A DNA stretch of 64,000 nt from Candidatus Versatilivorator sp. (GCA_965207735.1 OZ242296.1:3488001-3552000), one strand, 5' to 3'. Positions 9,041-19,479 are shown, counted from the first letter of the stretch. A program made the numbers and translations. Notes: generated by a model from the letters alone, not told the origin.

Positions 9041-9721
9041 ATGAAACATTCCGTTGCGTTCCTTCTCGATGCCGACAACACCTTGCTGGACAACGACCGC
9101 ATCCTGGCGGATCTCGTGGGCCACATCGAGCAGACGGTAGGCCACCAGGGGAAGCAGCGCTATTGGGCCATCTTCGAGGATTTGCGGGACGAGCTGGGAT
9201 ACCACGACTACCTGGGAGCCTTGCAGGGCTATCGCAATCGATATCCGCACGAGCCGCGCCTGATGTCGATTGCCTCCTTCATGCTCAACTATCCCTTCGC
9301 CGATCGTGTCTATCCGCAGTCGCTGGAGGTGGTGCGCCATCTCCAGCAATGGGGCGCGGTGGCGATCCTCACCGACGGCGACATGGTGTTCCAGCCTCGC
9401 AAGATGGAGCAGTCCGGCTTGGCCGAGGCCGCCGGCGGCAACGTGCTGATCTACGTGCACAAGGAGGAGGAGCTGGAGGACGTGGAAAGGCGCTATCCCG
9501 CCGACCACTACGTGTTGGTAGACGACAAGCTGCGGATCCTGACCGCCGCCAAGAAAGTGTGGGGAAGTCGCGTCACCACCGTCTTTCCCCGGCAGGGGCA
9601 CTATGCCCTGGACCCCGAGATCCTGGCTCAATTCCCCCCGGCCGACCTCAGCCTGGAAGGGGTCGGCGACCTGCTGACCTGCGAGTTGCCGGCCCTGATC
9701 CAGGCCGGACAGTCTTCCTAG
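9041..9721 (+). CDS. HAD superfamily hydrolase
   Basis: FLLDADNTLLD motif I, TDGD, VDDK motif IV. Confidence 0.88.
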   Translation: MKHSVAFLLDADNTLLDNDRILADLVGHIEQTVGHQGKQRYWAIFEDLRDELGYHDYLGALQGYRNRYPHEPRLMSIASFMLNYPFADRVYPQSLEVVRHLQQWGAVAILTDGDMVFQPRKMEQSGLAEAAGGNVLIYVHKEEELEDVERRYPADHYVLVDDKLRILTAAKKVWGSRVTTVFPRQGHYALDPEILAQFPPADLSLEGVGDLLTCELPALIQAGQSS

Positions 9722-9909
9722 CCCACAGCGCCTCAAAACCTCCAGGCACTTATATCCATACCTTCAACAGGATTCCGCAGGCTCCGAGCGAATCATCGAG
9801 CTGGGATCGTGGGGAAAATGGAACGGGGCTTGCTGTTCTATACTTGTTGTGTTCCAGGTTCAGAGTTGTCACCCCTGATATCGCGAGTGACGACGCCCGG
9901 AGAGCGATC

Positions 9910-11178
9910 GTGCTGGACGAGCTGAGATGGACCTTGCGGTCGTTGGTCATCGACGCCCTGTTGATGCCGGAGTACCGGCGGAGTGGCGTGGCCTTCAACC
10001 CGCTGTCGGACAGGGCAATCCGCAATCCCTATCCCGCCTACGCCCGGCTGCGCGCCCGATCGCCGGTGCACCGCAGCCGGGTGCTGGACGGCTGGGTGTT
10101 CAGTCGCTACGCCGACGTCGAGGCCATCTTTCGAGATTACCGCCGGTTCTCCAACATGCCGACCAATCGAAGGGTGTCGAGGCGGGATGTCTACTTCATT
10201 CCGCCCCGGGCGGACTGGTCCCTGTTGTTCCTGGACCCGCCGGAGCATACGCGCCTGCGGGGACTGGTCAATCAGGCCTTCACCCCGCGGGCCGTCAACG
10301 CCCTCGAGCCCCATATCCGGCGGATCATGGTCGAACTGCTCGACGCCGTCGCTGACCCGTCCGGCTTCGACCTGATGGCGGCGGTGGCCGGTCCGTTGCC
10401 GGTGATCGTGATTGCCGAGATGCTGGGGTTGCCGCCGCAGGACCGCCTCCGATTCAAGTACTGGTCGAACCAGCGCGCGCGCATCCTCGAACCGCTCATC
10501 AGCCCGGATGAGCGAAAACGGGCCGCTGCCGCCGGCGAGGCGTTCGACGCCTACTTCATGCCCGTTATCAGAGCCCGGCGACTCCAACCGAAAGACGACA
10601 TCATCAGTGCCCTCGCAAAGGCGGAAGAGGAAGGGGATACCCTCAGCGAGCGAGAAATGCTGATCATGATGCGCATCCTGCTGGTCGCAGGCAACGAGAC
10701 CACCACCAACCTGATCGGCAACGGGATGCTGGCGCTGCTGCAGCATCCGGAGCAGTTGAAGCTCCTGCGGGAAGACGCCCGTCGGATACCGGGGGCAGTG
10801 GAAGAGTTGCTGCGCTACGACACACCGGTCCAGCTCGATATCCGCGCCGTGGTCGAGGATTGCGAGTTTCAGGGCTTTCGGATGCGCCGCGGCGATCCCG
10901 CCATCCTGGCCATCGGCGCGGCCAACCGCGACCCGGAGGTATTCGAAGACCCGGAGCGGCTGAACATCGAGCGTTCCAAGGGCAGCAACCTCTCCTTCGG
11001 CCGGGGCGTCCACCACTGCCTCGGTGCGCCCCTGGCGCGGTTGGAAGCCCGGGTCGCGCTGGAAGTGCTGCTGGAGCGCTTCAGCTCCATTCGGCTGCTG
11101 ACGGACCGTCCCGCCTTTCGCCGGGCCATCGTCCTGCGCGGGCTCGAGTCCCTCCCGGTCTCGGCCGTCCCTGCGTAG
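9910..11178 (+). CDS. Cytochrome P450
   Basis: DPPEHTRLR, AGNETT, EELLRY, FGRGVHHCLG. GTG start at 9910 after GGAGAG. Confidence 0.93.
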   Translation: MLDELRWTLRSLVIDALLMPEYRRSGVAFNPLSDRAIRNPYPAYARLRARSPVHRSRVLDGWVFSRYADVEAIFRDYRRFSNMPTNRRVSRRDVYFIPPRADWSLLFLDPPEHTRLRGLVNQAFTPRAVNALEPHIRRIMVELLDAVADPSGFDLMAAVAGPLPVIVIAEMLGLPPQDRLRFKYWSNQRARILEPLISPDERKRAAAAGEAFDAYFMPVIRARRLQPKDDIISALAKAEEEGDTLSEREMLIMMRILLVAGNETTTNLIGNGMLALLQHPEQLKLLREDARRIPGAVEELLRYDTPVQLDIRAVVEDCEFQGFRMRRGDPAILAIGAANRDPEVFEDPERLNIERSKGSNLSFGRGVHHCLGAPLARLEARVALEVLLERFSSIRLLTDRPAFRRAIVLRGLESLPVSAVPA

Positions 11179-11209
11179 TTCAGTCCCTACTTACCAAGTC
11201 ATGCGAAGA

Positions 11210-11426
11210 GGCCCACCCGGGAGCGCGGGCGTCCCGCCCGCACAACACCGGCAAAGCCTCACCTATTCCCTCGACCCGGATCGACCGGCAAAGACGCCCG
11301 GGCTCTGCTTCGCCCGGGCCCATGCGGTTCCCACCGGCAGGGTGGACGGGTGCGCCATCGCAGGGAAACTGAGCGACAACCCAAGGGAGAGGATGCGGGC
11401 GGGACGCCCGCGCTCCCGGGTGGGCC
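11210..11426. repeat. REP-doublet (REPIN-like) element with 33-bp perfect inverted repeats
   Basis: ggcccacccgggagcgcgggcgtcccgcccgca (11210-11242) and its exact reverse complement (11394-11426), 151-bp spacer. Confidence 0.85.
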
Positions 11427-11509
11427 GCTTTCGTTACGATTGCCTTTCAAGGGAGAGACGGCGCAACCGAACTGGCTGGATGGTTGCCTTGAATCCCGAT
11501 TTGACAATC

Positions 11510-11537
11510 CCTTGGTGGCCCTTCGTCGTTCTTCGTG
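11510..11537. repeat. Dispersed ttcgtg-type repeat, copy 1
   Basis: ccttggtggcccttcgtcgttcttcgtg, 27/28 identical to 36679-36706. Confidence 0.8.
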
Positions 11538-11816
11538 GACTACGCTTTATTCGCTTGTTCGAAATTAAACCGCTCGTGCGACGCTGACGGCCTTGATCCA
11601 AGCCGGACAGCCTTCCTGACCCCGAAGAGTTGCAGCACCGAGAAAACGCGGCACTTGTTTCCGGGGCGAATCGGGCCCAAAATAAACATTGTCTGCTATG
11701 GGCCTTCAGTGGCCGCCAAGGGATTCTTGGAAATGTGAAGCATCGGCAGACCGCAAGAGAGGTTCGGAAGGGATGGAACCGGCGGTCTGAATAGAGGACA
11801 GAGAGGGGAATAGAGA

Positions 11817-12812
11817 ATGGACGCCGTGGATATCATCCTGCGGGTATTCCTGTGGGGCAGCGTGGTCCTGATCCCGATATTGCTCTTTTGGGCAGTGTTC
11901 GGGAGCAGGCTATCCGGCAGCGGGAAGCGGAGGCGGCCCAAGCCGCAAGCGGTACGGAGGCAGGGGTTCACTCCCCCACCGCCGAAAACCGGCAGTCCGG
12001 GTCCGGAGGTTTCGAAGAGCGCCACGGGCGGAGAGAGGGTGTCGCCCAAGCCTGATGTATCGAAACCCGTGGGCGGTCCGAAGCCCAAACCGGCGAGTGG
12101 GCGGGGATTCATTCTCCCGCCGCCGACGTTGGAAAAGCCGAGCCCGGAGGTTCCAAAAAGCGCTCCAACCGGGGAGGCTCCGTCTCCCCCACCTGCCGCG
12201 TCCGAACGCCCGGACGATCCCAAGCCCGAACCGATGAGCGGGCGGGGACTCATTCCCCAACCGCCGAGTTCCGGCAGATCGGGTCCGAAGGAATCAGAAA
12301 GCACCACGGCCGAAGAAGCGGCATCTGCAGAGCCTGACGCATCCAACCGCCTGGGTGAGCCGACGGCGCAGATGGAGTTCATCTCCAAAGTGGATTTCGA
12401 GCCGCGCCCCCTTCTCAACCAGGCGGAATACCGGATTCTCCGCATTCTGGAGAAGGTTGCCCAGGATATCCCCGGCGGCCATCGCGTCATGTCCCAAACC
12501 AGCCTGGGTCAAGTTCTGGCGCCCCAGCTTGCCTCGGCTTCGAAAGAAGCACGCGACCTTGCCTTTCGCTCCATCAACAGCAAGCGCCTGGACTTTCTGC
12601 TGATCGACGCTTACGGCATGCCCGTTCTGGCGGTGGAGTATCAGGGGCATGGACACTTTGGCGAGAGAACCTTCATGCGCGATGCCGTGAAACGGGAATC
12701 CCTCAGAAAGGCCGGCATCCGCTTGCTGGAGGTTCCGGCAGAATACAACACCGAGGACCTGGAGGGAGACATCCGCAAGGCATTGCCTTCGAACCCTGCC
12801 AGCCGACCGTAG
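11817..12812 (+). CDS. Membrane-anchored DUF2726-domain protein with Pro-rich linker
   Basis: N-terminal TM helix; C-terminal PLLNQAEY...INSKRLDFLLID...AVEYQG...RDAVK. Confidence 0.8.
   Translation: MDAVDIILRVFLWGSVVLIPILLFWAVFGSRLSGSGKRRRPKPQAVRRQGFTPPPPKTGSPGPEVSKSATGGERVSPKPDVSKPVGGPKPKPASGRGFILPPPTLEKPSPEVPKSAPTGEAPSPPPAASERPDDPKPEPMSGRGLIPQPPSSGRSGPKESESTTAEEAASAEPDASNRLGEPTAQMEFISKVDFEPRPLLNQAEYRILRILEKVAQDIPGGHRVMSQTSLGQVLAPQLASASKEARDLAFRSINSKRLDFLLIDAYGMPVLAVEYQGHGHFGERTFMRDAVKRESLRKAGIRLLEVPAEYNTEDLEGDIRKALPSNPASRP
11937..12345 (+). repeat. Three degenerate 141-bp (47-aa) intragenic tandem repeats
   Basis: Units start at 11937, 12078 and 12219: PKPQAVRRQGFTPPPP, PKPKPASGRGFILPPP, PKPEPMSGRGLIPQPP. 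Confidence 0.75.
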
Positions 12813-12940
12813 AACGTATTCCTACGATGGGATCCGCATCCAGCCGCTGGTCAATATCAGCCACAAGCAGCATGGGTTCTCGTTCCTGCTGGTCCGGGGC
12901 CGGCAACCCGGACTGAGCTACAGCATCTCCTTCTAGCCGA

Positions 12941-15900
12941 TCAGAAGCGCAGGCTGAGACCCACCTGCGCGCGCCGGGTGTCGCCGAGACCGCTGCGGAG
13001 CGTACCGTCGAAGTTGTAGAGGAGCGAGCCGACGGCGGGGTCGACGAAGTTGTCGGTGTTGGTCAGGTTGAAGATCTCGAAGATCGGTTCGATGGCGGCG
13101 GCGCCGAGCGAGAAACGCCGCGACACCCGCAGATCCCAGGAGAAGAACTCATTCTGCCTCCGCAGCGTGTTGCGCGCCAGGATGGAACCGTCGGCGCAGA
13201 TCCGGTCTGCCGGCTGGGCGGCCCTCTCGCCCCGGTTGGCGCACTGCTCGGAAACCGGTGACGGGGACAGATAGCGCACCACCTGGCTCAACTGCACCTG
13301 TCCCGGGAGGGTGGCCAGCACGTACCCGCTCACCTGATGGCGCCGGTCGCGATCCGACCAGCCGTACTCCGGCGACAGGTTGGCGGCGTGCGCGTACCGG
13401 AAGACGAACGGATCGCGCTCGTTGTCATCGTCGGAGCGATCGAACGCCAGCGTGTAGTGCGTCTCGAAGGTGATGGGCCAGCCGCCCAGGCCGCTGTGCC
13501 CGCGCAGTCCCGCGGTGAGCGCGTGATAGCGGGAGCGGGCGCTGCTCTCGGTGACGGTCAGCGCGTTGATGCCGCCGCCGTCCGGGTGCGTCCCGATCCC
13601 GAAGGGCGCCCCCAGGACCGCATCGTTGCGGTTGACGAAGCGGAAGAGGTTGTCGGTGCGGGCCTGGATGTATCCCATGCTGGCGACAACGCCGCGCCCC
13701 AGGTCGTGGTCGAGGGTGGCGCTGGACGACCAGGTGCGCGGCAACTCCAGATCGCGGTCCGCCGCATGGATGTCCGGCAGGAAGGGCGGTGACGCCGAGG
13801 TGTCGATCTGCTCGTGGATGGCAGGGACCGGACCCAGCCCCGGAGTGTTGCTGCTGCGAAAGAGGATCTGCTGGAAGGCGCCGTTGGTCGTCCGGTGCTG
13901 GGCGAATACGAGCATCGGGATGCGGGCGACGTAGGATCCGGCGTTGGCCCGCAGCACGGTGCGGCCGTTGCCAGCCAGGTCCCAGGCCAGACCCAGGCGG
14001 GGCTGAAGGTTGTCGAGGTCATCCGGAATCCGGCCATCGGACGGGAATAGCGGATCGTTCAGATAGGGAGCGAAGAAGGTGTCGGCCGGCTCGATGAACA
14101 TATCCGGGTGCCAGGCGCCGTCCCAGCGCAGCCCCAGGTCCAGGGTCACCCGTTCGTGCGGATGCCAGGTATCCTGAACGAAGAGGCCCAGCTCGTGCAT
14201 CGGGAACTGTTGGAGCCCGAGTTGCGCCGCCGGGACGCCCGGGACCGTCGCCGACTGCAGGTAGAGCAGGACCGGCCCGGCGATGGCGGAGCCGCCCGGA
14301 CACACCCCGGACAGGCTGGTCGACCCGTCCGAGCAAGTGACGTAATGGCTGCCGTGGGTGACGAAGCCGATGAAGCCCTCCACCGAATCGAACAGGTAGC
14401 GGCTGTTGGCCATCCCGATGAACTGCTGGCCGACGCGGGTCCGGTTGTACTCCACCCCGGCCTTGACCAGGTGGGTGCCGACGGCGAAGGAGAGATTGTC
14501 CACCAACTGAAACCGCGTGTCGAACGCGGGATCGATCGGCAGGAAGAAGGGCAGCCCGATGCGGAAGCCGTCGTCGAAGTCCATGGCGATGTCGGGAAAG
14601 GGCCGGCCGCCCAACTCGGCGAACTGGGGTGGGCCGGGCAGGCGCGCGCCGGGGAGCAGCGGTCCCCGGTACCCGCGCGGACGGTCCTCGCGCGCCCCCT
14701 GCAGGCGCAGCTCGTTGGAGAAGGCGTCGCTCAACAGCGAGCGCAGACTGGCGTTGACCGCATGCGAGCGATCCCCCTCGATCCCGTTGGCCGAGGCGCC
14801 CCAGGAATCGACGTCGAAGGTGCCGTTCACCTGCTCCGACCAGGTGTAGTTGTACTTGACCGAGGCCTGGTGGCGGCCGCCCAGGTTCAGATCGAACTTG
14901 GCCAGCAGCGAGCGCGCGTCGTCGGTGCGCCGGATCGGCCCGAATTCGTCGTCGAACAGTCCCGGCCAGCGTGCCTGCAGAAAGCGCTCCAGGCGCTGCA
15001 GGTTGGCCGGATTGCGGACTCGGCGGGTCGCCTGCTTGGTCTCGGCGGCCGCCTGCTGGTCGTAGGCCAGGAAGAAGAACGTCCTGTCCCGAACGAGCGG
15101 CCCGCCCACTGTCCCGCCCACCTGATTGCGGTGAAAGTCGGGCCGCCCGCCGCCGCGCGATTCCGGAAACGGGGCGGCGATCTCATCCCACTGCCCGAAG
15201 TAGTGGGCGGAGCCGGCCAGCCGGTTGGTGCCCGACTTGGTGATCACGTTGACGAAGCCGCCTGACGAGCGGCCGAACTCGGCGGTGGCGCCCTGATTCA
15301 CCACCACCAGCTCCTCGATGGCGTCCTGATTGAAGGTGAAGGCCGGACGCTGGCCGCCGCGCTGCTCGCCGAAGAACGGGTTGTTGAAATCCGCTCCGTC
15401 GACGATGAAGTTGTTGAAGATGCCGCGCTGGCCGGCGATGTTGAGGGCGTCGCCGTCCGGCCCCTGCGAGATGGACGCGCCCGGGGTGAGCAGCGTCAGC
15501 GTCATGAAGTTGCGGCCGTTGCTCGGGACCCCATCCACCACATCCTCCAGAACGCGCTGCGAGCTGGTGACGTCCGCGGTGTCGAGCGTTGGCTCCAGCT
15601 CGCTGACGACGGTGATGGTCTCGGTCGTCACGATCTTGAGCGCCACGGCCAGGTCGAGCATTTCCCCGACCCGCAGCCTGGCGCCCTGGATGCGCTCGGT
15701 GCTGAAGACGTCGGTGGCCGCCTTCACGGTCAGGTCGTAGGTCCCCGGCGGCAGCAGGGTGCGCGCAAACGTCCCGGACGACGAGGTCTCCACGGTGGTC
15801 CGGAAGTCGGTCTCCCGGTGCCGCAGGACAACCACCACCCCCTCAACCGGATCGCCGAGCGGATCACGGACCGTGCCGCGGATGGTGCCGGTGGTCGTCC

Positions 15901-16015
15901 CGGCCTGGGCGGCCACCGCGGGCGCGGTCTGGTGGAGGAGCATCGTGGCCAGCAACGCGGCGGCGATGGTGAAGGGGAGACGGCTCGGGAGGCTGATGGC
16001 GCGTGTGTTCGGCAT
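12941..16015 (-). CDS. Oar-like TonB-dependent receptor with N-terminal carboxypeptidase-regulatory-like domain
   Basis: Signal peptide, GTIRGTVRD, VDGADFNN, AEFGRSSGGFVNVITKSGTN plug motifs, C-terminal Phe. Start uncertain (16015 or downstream). Confidence 0.9.
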   Translation of the reverse strand: MPNTRAISLPSRLPFTIAAALLATMLLHQTAPAVAAQAGTTTGTIRGTVRDPLGDPVEGVVVVLRHRETDFRTTVETSSSGTFARTLLPPGTYDLTVKAATDVFSTERIQGARLRVGEMLDLAVALKIVTTETITVVSELEPTLDTADVTSSQRVLEDVVDGVPSNGRNFMTLTLLTPGASISQGPDGDALNIAGQRGIFNNFIVDGADFNNPFFGEQRGGQRPAFTFNQDAIEELVVVNQGATAEFGRSSGGFVNVITKSGTNRLAGSAHYFGQWDEIAAPFPESRGGGRPDFHRNQVGGTVGGPLVRDRTFFFLAYDQQAAAETKQATRRVRNPANLQRLERFLQARWPGLFDDEFGPIRRTDDARSLLAKFDLNLGGRHQASVKYNYTWSEQVNGTFDVDSWGASANGIEGDRSHAVNASLRSLLSDAFSNELRLQGAREDRPRGYRGPLLPGARLPGPPQFAELGGRPFPDIAMDFDDGFRIGLPFFLPIDPAFDTRFQLVDNLSFAVGTHLVKAGVEYNRTRVGQQFIGMANSRYLFDSVEGFIGFVTHGSHYVTCSDGSTSLSGVCPGGSAIAGPVLLYLQSATVPGVPAAQLGLQQFPMHELGLFVQDTWHPHERVTLDLGLRWDGAWHPDMFIEPADTFFAPYLNDPLFPSDGRIPDDLDNLQPRLGLAWDLAGNGRTVLRANAGSYVARIPMLVFAQHRTTNGAFQQILFRSSNTPGLGPVPAIHEQIDTSASPPFLPDIHAADRDLELPRTWSSSATLDHDLGRGVVASMGYIQARTDNLFRFVNRNDAVLGAPFGIGTHPDGGGINALTVTESSARSRYHALTAGLRGHSGLGGWPITFETHYTLAFDRSDDDNERDPFVFRYAHAANLSPEYGWSDRDRRHQVSGYVLATLPGQVQLSQVVRYLSPSPVSEQCANRGERAAQPADRICADGSILARNTLRRQNEFFSWDLRVSRRFSLGAAAIEPIFEIFNLTNTDNFVDPAVGSLLYNFDGTLRSGLGDTRRAQVGLSLRF

Positions 16016-16228
16016 GGCTTGACGCAGCGCGACAGGATTGTGACAACGCGGCCGCTTTGTCACCGAGCGGGCGCGAAATGGATTACGGACGCCTGATAGT
16101 ATACTGAACCGCGATCCGGCGCCTGCCGGAGCGATTCGTGCAGCTCAGTCGCGAACGGCCGAGCGACTCGCGGGCAGGACTCGCGGGCAGCCATCGGAGA
16201 GTTTCTTGAGGCCTTTCCAGACTGCGTC

Positions 16229-16257
16229 ACGGTATGATGGCCGGCACCGGGTGTCAA
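16229..16257 (-). promoter_or_regulatory. Candidate sigma70 promoter for the TonB receptor
   Basis: TTGACA, 17-bp spacer, TACCGT on the minus strand. Confidence 0.4.
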
Positions 16258-16286
16258 GAGACACAGGGGACACAAGGGACTAACCG

Positions 16287-19154
16287 ATGTTGGAAGGACG
16301 CTATCTCGACCTGTTCCAGGACCTTTCCGGAATCATTCCCGGTGAGCGGCTCATCCGGGACGACCTGCGCACCCTGGCCTACGGGACGGACGCCAGCTTC
16401 TACCGCCTGATCCCCAAGCTGGTGGTCCGGGTCGACACCGAAGCCGAGGTGGGGGAAGTCCTGAGGCAGTGCCGCGCCCACCGGCTGCCACTCACCTTTC
16501 GCGCGGGAGGAACCAGCCTCTCGGGGCAGTCCCTCAGCGACTCGGTGCTGATGCAGTTGGGCACGGGGTGGCGGGGGATCCGAATCGAGGACGAGGGCAG
16601 GCTTATCACCTTGCAGCCCGGCGTGGTCGGCGCCCACGCCAACGCCCGCCTGGCTCCCTACCGGCGCAAGATCGGGCCCGACCCGGCTTCCATCAACGCC
16701 GCCATGGTGGGTGGCATCGCCGCCAACAACGCCAGCGGCATGTGTTGCGGCACCTCCCAGAACAGCTACCGCACCCTGGAGAGCATGAGGGTCATCCTTG
16801 CCGACGGCGCCGTCCTGGACACTCGCAGCCATGCCAGCAAGGATCGATTCCGCCAGGCCCGACCGAACCTGGTGGAACGCATCGGTCGACTGGCGGAGCG
16901 GACTCGGCAGAACGGGGAACTGGCCGGCCGGATTCGCCGCAAGTTCAAGATGAAGAACACCACCGGCTACAGCCTGAACGCCCTGATCGATTTCGAAGAT
17001 CCCATCGACGTGATCCAGCACCTGATGATCGGGTCCGAAGGCACCTTGGGCTTCATCTCCGAAATCACCTACCGGACCGTGCCCGACCATCCCTACAAGG
17101 CCACCGCCCTGATCCTCTTCCCGGATATCAGGACCGCCTGTGAAGCCACCACCCTGTTAAGGAACTGTCCCGTCTCGGCGGTCGAGATCATGGACCGGGC
17201 CGGACTGCGCTCGGTGGAAGACAAGCCCGGCCTGCCCCTGGACCTGAAGAATCTGGACCCGTCGGTGGCAGCCCTGCTGGTCGAGACCCGGGGGGAAACA
17301 CCCGAAGACCTGGACCGGCACTTGGGAGCTACCACCCGAAGCCTGGCCGATCTGCCTACGGTGGAGCCGGTCGCCTTCACCCGGGACCCCGCCGAGCAGC
17401 TCCGCCTCTGGAACATCCGCAAGGGTCTTTTCCCCTCCATAGGGGCTATCCGGGAAATCGGGACCACCGTCATCATCGAAGACGTGGCCTTCCCCATCGA
17501 CCGTCTGGCCGAAGCCACCCTGCAGCTCCAGCAACTCTTCCGCAAGCACCACTACTCGGAAGCCATCATCTTCGGGCACGCCCTGGAGGGCAATCTCCAT
17601 TTCGTCTTCACCCAGGATTTCAACCGCCCCGAGGAAGTTCGCCGCTATCGGGACTTCATCGACGACCTCACCGAAATGGTGGTTCGCAGCTACGACGGCT
17701 CGCTCAAGGCGGAGCACGGCACCGGCCGCAATATGGCCCCCTTCGTGGAGTTGGAGTGGGGGGCCGAAGCCTACGGGCTGATGCGGAAGATCAAGGCCGT
17801 CTTCGATCCCGAAAACCTTCTCAACCCGGGGGTGATCCTCAACAGCGACCCCCGGATCCACCTCAAGAACCTCAAGCCCCTGCCCAAGGCCCACTCGGTG
17901 GTCGACAAGTGCACCGAATGCGGTTTCTGCGAGGTCAACTGCCCCTCCCGGGACCTGACCCTTACCCCTCGCCAACGGATCGCGGTTTGGCGTGAGATCT
18001 CCCGGCTCCGATCCGGCGGCGGCAACCCCGCTCGATTGGTCGAGCTGACCGGTCGCTACGCCTACCAGGGCAACGCCACCTGCGCTACCGACGGACTGTG
18101 CGCTATCGCCTGCCCGGTCAACATCGACACGGGCAAGCTCATCAAGGACCTGCGTCGCCTTGAGATTCCCGCATGGCAAGACCGGACCGCCACCTTGCTG
18201 GCCGACCACTTCGGACTGGTTACGGCCTCGCTGCGGATGCTGTTGACCGCCACCCACCAGTTCCATCGGCTGTTGGGCCCGGAAGGCATGCGGCAAGTCA
18301 CGAATTGGGCTCGGAAGCTTTCCGGGAACCGGCTGCCGCAATGGAATCCCTACCTGCCCGGGGCCGCCGAAGTCTTGACCAAATCGGGTGACGAAGGCCG
18401 GTCGCCCTTGAAGGCGGTCTACTTCCCAAGCTGTCTCAGTCGGACGCTGGGCGTGGCCGGCGACAGTGGGGGCCAGCCCTCTCAGAACCGCAAGTTGGAG
18501 TTGCTGATGCGCAAGGCGGGCGTGGAGCCGGTCTATCCGGAAAACCTGGACAGCCTCTGCTGCGGGATGCCCTTTGCCAGCAAGGGATTCGAGCGGCAGG
18601 GAGCCCGCAAGCAGGAGGAGTTGCAGCGGGCTTTGAACCTGACTTCCCGCGACGGCCACTATCCCGTTCTGGTGGACACCAGCCCCTGTCTCTTTCGCCT
18701 GAAGGAATCGGCTCACTTCGACCCGGAGTTTTCCATCTACGAGCCGGCGGAGTTTATTCTGAAGGTACTGCGGCCGGGACTCACCTTCAGCAAGCGCGCC
18801 GGCCCGGTGGCCCTGCACAGCCCCTGCAGCTCCCGCAAGATGGGGCTGGACAGCTCCTTGCGACAGGTCGCCGAACTCTGCTCCGAGGAGGTCATCGTCC
18901 CCGATAGCGTGGGCTGCTGCGGCTTCGCCGGAGACCGGGGCTTCAGCCATCCGGAGCTGACCGCATCAGCCCTCGGCTCCCTGAAGGCCTCCCTGCCGCC
19001 CAGTTGCCCGGTGGGCTACTCCACCAGCAAGACCTGCGAGATCGGGCTGTCGCTGCACGCCCGCATCCCCTATCAGTCGATTGCCTATCTGGTGGATGAG
19101 TGCACGGAAGGGCGGGTCCGGCAGGGTGGGGGAGAGGACTCCGGGGACGGGTAA
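16287..19154 (+). CDS. FAD- and Fe-S-containing D-lactate dehydrogenase (Dld-II type)
   Basis: FAD-binding FRAGGTSLSGQ, KAEHGTGRN, CTECGFCEVNCP ferredoxin motif, C-terminal CCG domains. Confidence 0.9.
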   Translation: MLEGRYLDLFQDLSGIIPGERLIRDDLRTLAYGTDASFYRLIPKLVVRVDTEAEVGEVLRQCRAHRLPLTFRAGGTSLSGQSLSDSVLMQLGTGWRGIRIEDEGRLITLQPGVVGAHANARLAPYRRKIGPDPASINAAMVGGIAANNASGMCCGTSQNSYRTLESMRVILADGAVLDTRSHASKDRFRQARPNLVERIGRLAERTRQNGELAGRIRRKFKMKNTTGYSLNALIDFEDPIDVIQHLMIGSEGTLGFISEITYRTVPDHPYKATALILFPDIRTACEATTLLRNCPVSAVEIMDRAGLRSVEDKPGLPLDLKNLDPSVAALLVETRGETPEDLDRHLGATTRSLADLPTVEPVAFTRDPAEQLRLWNIRKGLFPSIGAIREIGTTVIIEDVAFPIDRLAEATLQLQQLFRKHHYSEAIIFGHALEGNLHFVFTQDFNRPEEVRRYRDFIDDLTEMVVRSYDGSLKAEHGTGRNMAPFVELEWGAEAYGLMRKIKAVFDPENLLNPGVILNSDPRIHLKNLKPLPKAHSVVDKCTECGFCEVNCPSRDLTLTPRQRIAVWREISRLRSGGGNPARLVELTGRYAYQGNATCATDGLCAIACPVNIDTGKLIKDLRRLEIPAWQDRTATLLADHFGLVTASLRMLLTATHQFHRLLGPEGMRQVTNWARKLSGNRLPQWNPYLPGAAEVLTKSGDEGRSPLKAVYFPSCLSRTLGVAGDSGGQPSQNRKLELLMRKAGVEPVYPENLDSLCCGMPFASKGFERQGARKQEELQRALNLTSRDGHYPVLVDTSPCLFRLKESAHFDPEFSIYEPAEFILKVLRPGLTFSKRAGPVALHSPCSSRKMGLDSSLRQVAELCSEEVIVPDSVGCCGFAGDRGFSHPELTASALGSLKASLPPSCPVGYSTSKTCEIGLSLHARIPYQSIAYLVDECTEGRVRQGGGEDSGDG

Positions 19155-19170
19155 GGCATCGGGGCCGGTC

Positions 19171-19446
19171 TCACCCCTTCTGCTCCCGGTCAACCTCCGC
19201 GCTTGCCAGGACCTCATAGAGGGAAGCCGCTTCGATCCTTCGGGTGTCTGAGCCGGGCAGGCGAGCCACCTTCACCCTCAGCGTTCCAAGCCTCTGACGG
19301 CACTCGATCAGATCCCCGACCTTGATCGACTTGCCCCCCTTCGACACCTGCCCGTTGACCGAGACCGCTCCCGCCGCGCAGGCTTGCTGAGCCAAGGTCC
19401 GCCGGGAGATCAGGCGGGACCTTTTCAGGAATAAATCCAACCGCAT
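19171..19446 (-). CDS. S4-domain RNA-binding protein (Hsp15/RqcP-like)
   Basis: MRLDLFLKRSRLISRRTLAQQACAAGAVSVNG. Confidence 0.88.
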   Translation of the reverse strand: MRLDLFLKRSRLISRRTLAQQACAAGAVSVNGQVSKGGKSIKVGDLIECRQRLGTLRVKVARLPGSDTRRIEAASLYEVLASAEVDREQKG

Positions 19447-19479
19447 GGATATGGATTCGGGTAGGGGAGAGGCGGGAAC

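Noticed and set aside
9004-11178. 724-aa ORF suggesting an N-terminally extended P450 fusion
   Set aside because: The N-terminal part is an off-frame read-through of the HAD gene (9041-9721). The P450 has its own RBS and GTG at 9910.
16016-16260. Cobalamin riboswitch ahead of the TonB receptor
   Set aside because: No B12-box or other conserved cobalamin motifs were recognisable.
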